Assembly (NCBI GenBank): GCA_964639895.1
Contig: CAZXEJ010000003.1
Location: forward strand, 5,361-69,360
Direction of reading: 5' to 3'
DNA length: 64,000 nt
From: an uncultured Spirochaetia bacterium
GTDB taxonomy: Bacteria > Desulfobacterota_D > UBA1144 > Nemesobacterales > JADFKM01
Position 1 is the stretch's first letter. Every line of letters starts with the position of its first letter. A program made the position numbers and the translations under genes. The notes under the pieces are model-generated. The model had not been told where the DNA came from, ran no database searches, and worked only from the letters and a program-made list of their open reading frames with translations. Shown here piece by piece: positions 58,011 through 64,000 of this stretch.

Positions 58011-58097
58011 GGGCAGGTGGCGAAATTGGCAGACGCGACGGCCTCAAAAGCCGTTGGGCTTACGCCCGTAAGGGTTCGACTCCCTTCCTGCCCACCA
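58011..58097 (+). tRNA. tRNA-Leu (anticodon CAA), class II with long variable arm, CCA encoded
   Basis: GGGCAGG TG GCG AAATTGGCAGA CGC G ACGGC CTCAAAA GCCGT TGGGCTTACGCCCGT AAGGG TTCGACT CCCTT CCTGCCC A CCA. Confidence 0.9.
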
Positions 58098-58728
58098 CGT
58101 TTTCCACTCCGCGGAACGTCTCCTTGCGTAAAGTGAGCATGTTGAATATGCCGGCCCAGTAGGTCTCGTGTCGCTCCACCTTAAGACCCGCTTCGGCCGC
58201 CGTCGCTACGGTGTTCCTGTCGAGGTGGCATCCCACCCTCCGTACGGTAAGCGGGGTAAGCAGCTTCTGGAGCGCCTTGAACAGGGGGTTGGTGCTGACC
58301 GTGTGTTCGAGCAGCAACACCCTGCCGTCGCGTCTCACCACCCTCCTCATCTCTCGCAGCGCGCGCAGCGGGTCCGGCACGGTGCACAGCGTGAGCGTTG
58401 CCACCACGGTATCGAACGACTCGTCGGCGAAGAGCAACGCCTCGGCGTCCATGCGCGTGAAGGTGGCGCTCATACCAAGCCTACGAGCCGCCTTCCTGGC
58501 CTGGGCCAGCATGCCCTCGGATATGTCGACGGACGTCACCGTGCATGCTGCAGGATAGTGTGGGAGGTTGAGCCCGGTGCCCACCCCCACTTCGAGCACG
58601 CGGCCCCGTGCGGCGCTGAGCAGCCGCCGCCTCAGTCTGGAGGTGAGCAGGCGCTCGAGCAGCCACAGGTGGGTGTTGAAGCGCGGGGCGTCTTGGTCGT
58701 AGATACGCTCTATGCGGCGTGTGTCCAT
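58060..58728 (-). CDS. Class I SAM-dependent methyltransferase (UbiE/COQ5-like)
   Basis: Start MDTRRIERIYDQDAPRFNT...; motif I VLEVGVGTGLNLP; 3-prime end runs approximately 35 nt into the tRNA-Leu gene on the opposite strand. Confidence 0.7.
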   Translation of the reverse strand: MDTRRIERIYDQDAPRFNTHLWLLERLLTSRLRRRLLSAARGRVLEVGVGTGLNLPHYPAACTVTSVDISEGMLAQARKAARRLGMSATFTRMDAEALLFADESFDTVVATLTLCTVPDPLRALREMRRVVRRDGRVLLLEHTVSTNPLFKALQKLLTPLTVRRVGCHLDRNTVATAAEAGLKVERHETYWAGIFNMLTLRKETFRGVENVVGRKGVEPLRA

Positions 58729-58844
58729 CGGCGATGGCCCCCTCGGGCCGCGACACCGACGCTTCCGGTGTGCGCCACCGGGGCGGATGCGCCCCGCAGC
58801 GGGAAAGCCTGCCGTCCCCCCCACGGTGGGGGCGTGGTGGGAGC

Positions 58845-59993
58845 TCAGTACCGAGGCATCGAGGGGTCGATCTTGGCGGCCCACTCGTCGATGCCGCCTC
58901 GCAGATTGCGCACCTTCTTGAACCCCAGGTTCCGGAGGAACCGGGTGGCCTGGAGGCTGCGGCCTCCGTGGTGGCAGTGGACCACTATCTCGTCGGCGGT
59001 GTCGAGCTCGTTGGCCCGGCGGGGAAGCTCGCCCAGTGGTATGAGCCGCGCACCGTCAAGACGCACTATCTCCCACTCGGTGGGCTCCCTCACGTCGAGG
59101 AGGACGACATCCTTGCCGTTCTTGAGCATTTCGTGCAGTTCCTCGACGCTTATCTCCAGCTCGGGCTCACTTTCGGCCTCGGCCTCCTGGCCCCGTCCCA
59201 CGCCGCAGAACTCCTGGTAGTCGATAAGCTCCTTTATAGTGGGGTTCTCGCCGCAGACGGGGCAGTTGGGGTCCTTCTTGAGCTTGAGTTCCGTGATCTC
59301 CGTGTTGAGCACATCGATGAAGAGGAGCTTGCCGATCAGAGGCGTACCCTTGCCCAGCAGCAGCTTTATGGCCTCGGCCGCCTGCAGCGTTCCCACGATG
59401 CCGGGCAGTATACCAAGCACCCCCCCCTCGGCGCAGCTAGGCACCATGCCGGGAGGAGGCGGTTCCGGATAGAGGCACCGGTAGCAGGGGCCGCGGCTTG
59501 CGTCGAACACGCTCACCTGGCCCTCGAACCTGAAAATACTGCCGTAGACGTTGGGCTTGCCCAGTAGTACGCAGGCGTCGTTCACCAGGTAGCGCGTCGC
59601 GAAGTTGTCGGTGCCGTCGACTACTAGGTCGTAGTCCTTGATGATGTCCATCGCGTTCTCGGACGACAGCATCACGTTGTAGGTCTCGATCTCGATGTCG
59701 GAGTTTATCTCGAGAAGGCGTTCCTTGGCCGATTCGACCTTGAGCCTGCCCACGTTGGCCTCGCTGTGGATGATCTGGCGCTGGAGGTTGCTGAAGTCGA
59801 CGACGTCGAAGTCGACTATGCCGAGCTTGCCGACGCCGGCCGCGGCAAGATAGAGGGCGAGTGGGGAGCCGAGACCGCCTGCGCCGATGCAGAGTACGCT
59901 CGAAGAGGCGAGCTTCTCCTGTCCTTCGACTCCGACCTCGGGCATGATGAGGTGTCTGCTGTAACGACTTATCTGTTCCTTCGTAAGAGCCAT
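58845..59993 (-). CDS. moeB: Molybdopterin-synthase / sulfur-carrier adenylyltransferase with C-terminal rhodanese domain (MoeB/MoeZ type)
   Basis: ..VLCIGAGGLGSPLALYLAAAGVGKLGIVDFD.. ThiF/MoeB Rossmann, CxxC pairs (CYRC.., CPVC), rhodanese ..VHCHHGGRS.. Confidence 0.9.
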   Translation of the reverse strand: MALTKEQISRYSRHLIMPEVGVEGQEKLASSSVLCIGAGGLGSPLALYLAAAGVGKLGIVDFDVVDFSNLQRQIIHSEANVGRLKVESAKERLLEINSDIEIETYNVMLSSENAMDIIKDYDLVVDGTDNFATRYLVNDACVLLGKPNVYGSIFRFEGQVSVFDASRGPCYRCLYPEPPPPGMVPSCAEGGVLGILPGIVGTLQAAEAIKLLLGKGTPLIGKLLFIDVLNTEITELKLKKDPNCPVCGENPTIKELIDYQEFCGVGRGQEAEAESEPELEISVEELHEMLKNGKDVVLLDVREPTEWEIVRLDGARLIPLGELPRRANELDTADEIVVHCHHGGRSLQATRFLRNLGFKKVRNLRGGIDEWAAKIDPSMPRY

Positions 59994-60908
59994 GGTGTCA
60001 TATCCCCTTCCCTGGTAGCGATTGGTACTAAGTGCATGTTAGGTGTTTTGGTGTCCAATTCTATTTAGGATAATCGATTTTCTCCCTTCTGCAAGTGCTC
60101 GCCGCGGGGAGGAGGGCGCCGCGGTGAGGGGCGAGCGAGCCGATCGGCGTGGCGGTGTCGCCGGGCTGCTGCCCGTGCGCGAGGTGGGGGGATGAGATGT
60201 GTGTAGTGCGTGGCTTTCCCTCACTGATTCCCCGCCCGAAAGTATGTGGACGGCCGCCACAGCTACGATAGGGATGCGAAATCGTCCCTCCGGGGCGCGT
60301 TGTGATGTGGGCCGCCTGCCCCCCGATGGAGGCAGCGGTAACCGCCGGCACTGTGCGCGGGGGGGATAGGCCGGGACGTCGCGCCGCCCCATAGCGTCCA
60401 GTCTGTTTCCAAGAGAGGGGCGGCCTTCGTCTTGGATTTCTCCAGTGCGACCGTCATCCCGCCACCCTAGGTTGCCTCGGCCGTCTCTCGCAGGGGTGCA
60501 AGGTTGGGGCTTCATCACCCACTGTTCCCTTCCGTTTCTTCTCCATTAGACCGCATAATAACGCGGGCGTGTGCGGTGTCGATCCACACAGCCGCACGAA
60601 GCGCGCAAGGAGTGACTCCGCGCGGGCGAGGCCGTAAGGGATCCATGGGGTGGCGTGAGCTGGGTGAGGGGACGTGGCTTGAGGTCGCGGCGGCAGGGGG
60701 GTGTAGCCGAGGGAGCGCCGGAGTGGGGAGGATACGTCGAGTGCGTATCAGGTGGAGCGGTAGGCGGCGCGGCGGTGTGGTGCGGTGAGTGTCGTAAGGG
60801 TAGAGGCGTGTGGTGGAGCCGGGTGCCGGCGTCTTCCTTACCGTGTTGTGCCGCTTCCCCTTCGCGGGCGCCTTGGACCTGTGGCGTTCGGGTTTGGTAT
60901 AGTATCGT

Positions 60909-62075
60909 ATGCCCACGGCTTCTCTCCCCGGCGGCGTCGAACGCTTCAGGCGCGAGTTTCCCATAGTTGAGAGCTGCCTCTACCTCGACCACGCGGGCGT
61001 AAGTCCCGTGCCGCTCAGGACGGTCCGGCGGGTGCGGTGCTCCCTTGATGAAGCGTGCCGCGAGGCCGCTTTCCGTTACGACAACTGGTTGGAGGCCGTG
61101 GAAGGGGTGCGGAGCCGCTTTGCGCGCCTTCTGGGAGCGTCGGCCGACGAGGTGGCTTTTACCAAGAACACGTCGCACGGCATCTCCCTTGTGGCCCGCG
61201 GCCTCCAGTGGCGGACCGGTGAGAAGGTGCTTGTTGCGGGCAAGGACTTCCCGGCCAACGTCTACCCGTGGCTCGCCCTCGAGAAGAGGGGGGTCGAAGT
61301 GAGGAGGATACCTCTCAACCGCGAGGGCGGCGTCGATACCGAGGACGTACGCCGCATGCTGGACGGCTCCGTGCGACTCGTGGCGCTGAGCAGCGTTCTG
61401 TTCTGGAACGGTTACCGCGTGCCGCTCGACGAGATAGGGCCCATGTGCAGGGAAAGAGGCGTGCTCCTTTTCGTCGACGCCATCCAGAGCCTGGGCGTCG
61501 TGCCAATTGATGTCGAGCGTATGTGCATCGATTTCCTTGCCGCCGACGGCCACAAGTGGCTCCTTGCCCCGGAGGGGACGGGCGTCTTCTACTGCCGCCG
61601 CGAGCTCGCCGCCGAGCTCGAGCCGCCGCTCTTGGGCTGGAAGAGCGTGGTCGGAGACGACGACTACGACACCATCGATTTCACGCTCAAGCCCACGGCC
61701 CTGCGCTTCGAGGAGGGTTCGACGAACGTGATGGGCGTGGTAGCGCTGGGTGCATCTCTCGAGCTGCTAGAAGAGTACGGCGTGGACGCCGTCTGCGAGA
61801 GGGTGCTCGGTCTGGGGGAGCTGGTGATGGAGGAAGCCGTAAAGAGAAGGATGGTGATCCACACCCCGCGCGACCGGCGCAGGCGCGCGGGCATAGTGTC
61901 ACTGCGCGGGGATTTCTCTCCGCATGTGGTGAGGGAGGCCTTGAAAGGCGAGCGGGTCATGGTGAACGTAAGGGGCGGGGCGCTACGGGTATCTCCCCAC
62001 TTCTACAACACCCCAGACGACGTGGCGCGCCTCTTCGAGGCCATCGACCGGGTGCTCCGCCACAGCCCCGGGTGA
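60909..62075 (+). CDS. Class V aminotransferase (cysteine desulfurase / selenocysteine lyase-like)
   Basis: ..LDHAGVSP.., PLP-lysine context ..FLAADGHKWLLAPEGTGVFY.., 388 aa. Confidence 0.85.
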   Translation: MPTASLPGGVERFRREFPIVESCLYLDHAGVSPVPLRTVRRVRCSLDEACREAAFRYDNWLEAVEGVRSRFARLLGASADEVAFTKNTSHGISLVARGLQWRTGEKVLVAGKDFPANVYPWLALEKRGVEVRRIPLNREGGVDTEDVRRMLDGSVRLVALSSVLFWNGYRVPLDEIGPMCRERGVLLFVDAIQSLGVVPIDVERMCIDFLAADGHKWLLAPEGTGVFYCRRELAAELEPPLLGWKSVVGDDDYDTIDFTLKPTALRFEEGSTNVMGVVALGASLELLEEYGVDAVCERVLGLGELVMEEAVKRRMVIHTPRDRRRRAGIVSLRGDFSPHVVREALKGERVMVNVRGGALRVSPHFYNTPDDVARLFEAIDRVLRHSPG

Positions 62076-62083
62076 CGCGGCCG

Positions 62084-62140
62084 CACGGTGCGCGTACTGA
62101 TGCGTGTCTCGTCCCGCACCGTGGGGCGCGTGTGGTGTTT
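62084..62140 (+). terminator. Terminator-like hairpin (9-bp stem CACGGTGCG/CGCACCGTG, 22-nt loop) followed by T-rich tract
   Basis: Immediately after stop of aminotransferase; downstream ggtgtttcatt. Confidence 0.25.
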
Positions 62141-62669
62141 CATTCGCCACCGGACGAGGGAGAGGGTGGTGCGGGCGATCTTCGCCGTGGAGTATGGAAG
62201 GGGCGGGGCGCCTTGGCCAGGTTGCCATCGCCCGTGTTTCCGGCTGCCCCGGCTCTGAGGGCGGGGCGCCCTGTGTGTGTGGTCGCGAGCCATCGGACTC
62301 CGGGAGACGGAGTGGCCGTGTTGGGGAGACGGGTAGTACCGTCGTAGGGATCGTGAGGTGCTGGCCTTTCGAGGGGTGTGGGGGCGCGAAGGTGAGGCCC
62401 TGCGATGGGGACGTCCTTTTCGGTCCTAGTGTGTTCGACGCCGGGAGGAAGGATCGGGTCGGGAGTTCGTTGAGATGAGAGCGGCCCATGGCTTCGCTTG
62501 GGGTGAGTGAGTGGCTTGGCTGGACGTACAAGCCCGCTCTCACGTCGAAGTGGGGAGGGTGCGTTTGGGAAGGAGGAAGGCCAAGGGCCTTGCGCGGACG
62601 TTCTCAGTACCTTCTACCGCGCATCTCGGTGTAGGGCGGCCGGTGGCCGAGGGCTGTTCCGCCGGCGCG

Positions 62670-64000
62670 TCACCGTTGGGCTTCGGCCTGCTTCTCACCC
62701 GCTATACTCGTTATGAACCGCTCCGCCACCCAGCGGGCTATCCACTTCTCCGTCACCGAGGCGCGCGTTGCCTTCTTCAGTTCGTCGAGCGCTATTACGG
62801 CCTTTGCGGCCGACCGGTGGCCGCCTGCACTCCCGAGCTCACCGAAGAGCCCCTTTACCATACGGCCTGCGCTCTTTACGTAGCCCACGTTGCGAACCGA
62901 GATGACGAGCAGCTTGCCTGCGACGATGCCGAAAGCGACCGACCACTCGACCCCCTTGGCCTGGATGCCGAAATCGGCCATCTTGGGGATGAGGTACTCC
63001 TTGTCCACCTTGCCGAGATTGCAGAAGAAAATCCCGTTCTCCACCCAGTGCTGCGCCAGCGCCTTGCCGAAGCTCTTTATATCCTCGGACGGCATCTCCG
63101 CCCGCTCGATGCGGCGCAGCATTGCGAGATTGGCCAGCGGGTAGAGGAACGTGAACGCCTCGATGTCGTCGGCGTTGGCCTCGCGGTTGAGGGTTACGGT
63201 GTCGGTCTTTATCCCGTAGAGGAGGGCCGTGGCGAGTTTTTCCGATATCTCCACCTGCGCGGCCCGCAGGTACTCGGTAAGGATGGTCGACGTCGCTCCT
63301 TCCTGCACGTTCACGTCCTGGTAGCGGGCCTCGAAGTGGCCGGCCTGGGGGTGGTGGTCTATGACCGAATCGACCTGGGTCAACATGGAGTTGAAGTAGG
63401 GTGGCTGTACGTCTACCAGCGCGATGGAGTCGTAGCGGCGCAGGTCCTTGGGCTTGAGATTGACCAGATCTATCTCCATCAGTTCGATCATGGCCAGGTT
63501 CTCCGGGCGCGACACCTTGACCCCCATGTGTCCGATGGAAGCCGTCTGTCGGTTCCGCTTGAGCAGCGTCCTCAGCGCCAGGGCGCTTGCTATGGAGTCG
63601 GGGTCGGGGTTGTCGTGGAGCAGTATGAGCACCCTCTTTGCGTCCTTGTGTATGGCCCGCAGCCGCTCGACCTTAAGCTTTGTGTGGGCGAGCTTCTCCT
63701 GCATCGCGATCTCGTGCGAGAGGCGGGTGGGGAAGTTGACGAACCTCACCCCGCTCGGCGGCTCCTTCCCCTCGTCCTCGGTGTCGACTATGATGGGGGT
63801 GTTCGGATAGTGGACGGAGAGCTGCTCGCTGTAGCGTTCCTTGAAAGTGGTGCGGTCGAGCAGTATGAGGTCGAAGTTGCCCGTCTGGTTGAGGGCCTCG
63901 TCCATGGAGCTCACCCAGATGACGTCCCCCCGTTGGGAGAAGACGCCGAGAAGGGTGGAATCGAACTGGCCGATGAACATGTAGCGCTTGGTCTCTTTCT
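62670..64000 (-). CDS. Receiver-domain (REC) - DHH/DHHA1 phosphoesterase, N-terminus beyond window end
   Basis: REC-like ..VIWVSSMDEALNQTGNFDLILLD..; DHH motifs LLHDNPDPDSIASALAL, ..VIDHHP.., DHHA1 ..GGHRSAAKA..; reading frame stays open to position 64000. Confidence 0.75.
   Translation of the reverse strand, partial: KETKRYMFIGQFDSTLLGVFSQRGDVIWVSSMDEALNQTGNFDLILLDRTTFKERYSEQLSVHYPNTPIIVDTEDEGKEPPSGVRFVNFPTRLSHEIAMQEKLAHTKLKVERLRAIHKDAKRVLILLHDNPDPDSIASALALRTLLKRNRQTASIGHMGVKVSRPENLAMIELMEIDLVNLKPKDLRRYDSIALVDVQPPYFNSMLTQVDSVIDHHPQAGHFEARYQDVNVQEGATSTILTEYLRAAQVEISEKLATALLYGIKTDTVTLNREANADDIEAFTFLYPLANLAMLRRIERAEMPSEDIKSFGKALAQHWVENGIFFCNLGKVDKEYLIPKMADFGIQAKGVEWSVAFGIVAGKLLVISVRNVGYVKSAGRMVKGLFGELGSAGGHRSAAKAVIALDELKKATRASVTEKWIARWVAERFITSIAGEKQAEAQR

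Noticed and set aside
1-64000. CRISPR arrays, IS elements/transposases, integrases, rRNA operons
   Set aside because: No spaced direct-repeat arrays, no transposase/integrase-like ORFs and no rRNA-like conserved blocks were seen anywhere in the window.

Overview
This is a high-GC (roughly 65-70%) bacterial chromosomal segment that is densely packed with genes. Many adjacent genes overlap by 4 nt (ATGA/TTGA), which suggests translationally coupled operons. Codon use is rich in AGG/AGA/ATA. A BamD homologue implies a diderm organism. No rRNA, CRISPR array, transposase or integrase was seen.

Features, left to right:
- Copper/silver resistance module: C-terminal end of a CusB-like adaptor with a Gly/Met/His-rich tail, CusA-type RND pump, a secreted cupredoxin with a long Met/His-rich insertion, a SAM methyltransferase, and a CPH-motif (CopB-like) P1B ATPase with a His-rich N-terminus.
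- Small hypothetical protein, Wzx-like flippase, LhgO-like FAD oxidase.
- Roughly 0.8 kb low-GC island (about 11.55-12.34 kb) with strong Shine-Dalgarno sites, a terminator-like element, a perfect 21-bp palindrome and a 93-aa ORF.
- Roughly 1.45 kb GC-rich stretch with no convincing gene.
- MBL-fold hydrolase, purB, and an approximately 800-bp C-rich leader preceding SCO1/SenC.
- tRNA-His/Arg(TCT)/Pro(TGG) cluster on the minus strand.
- Heterodimeric ABC exporter pair. One half carries an approximately 110-aa extracytoplasmic insertion. A co-operonic Zn-ribbon, Mrr-like (probably inactive) nuclease-fold protein sits upstream.
- DipZ-C-like thioredoxin-fold protein.
- Minus-strand cluster: Cdc48/VCP-like double-ring AAA+ ATPase, then PilD prepilin peptidase after a 2-nt gap, then a 143-bp gap, then a sensor kinase and a sigma-54-dependent NtrC-type response regulator.
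- argJ, recO, mgtE, obg.
- ald, an ACT protein, def, bamD, a lipoprotein.
- dksA-like, an EamA transporter, hemC, hemA.
- Sulfite-oxidase-family Mo enzyme.
- Four-gene, tightly overlapped pterin operon: PTPS, PTPS, FolE, SDR. This resembles a tetrahydrobiopterin-type pathway.
- Approximately 1.2 kb unexplained non-coding stretch.
- Orphan NuoM/MrpD-like antiporter subunit.
- Di-haem cytochrome c peroxidase.
- Two small acidic hypotheticals, acyl-CoA synthetase, lspA, ribE, aroK.
- tRNA-Leu(CAA), a methyltransferase, moeB/moeZ, a class V aminotransferase.
- A partial REC-DHH/DHHA1 phosphoesterase running off the window end.

Most worth a second look:
- The Cdc48-PilD-two-component cluster.
- The low-GC island with the palindromic operator.
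- The unusually long GC-rich or C-rich non-coding tracts.
- The ABC/Mrr-like module next to the tRNA cluster.
- The Met/His-rich cupredoxin and the methyltransferase coupled to CopB.
- The orphan NuoM-like gene.
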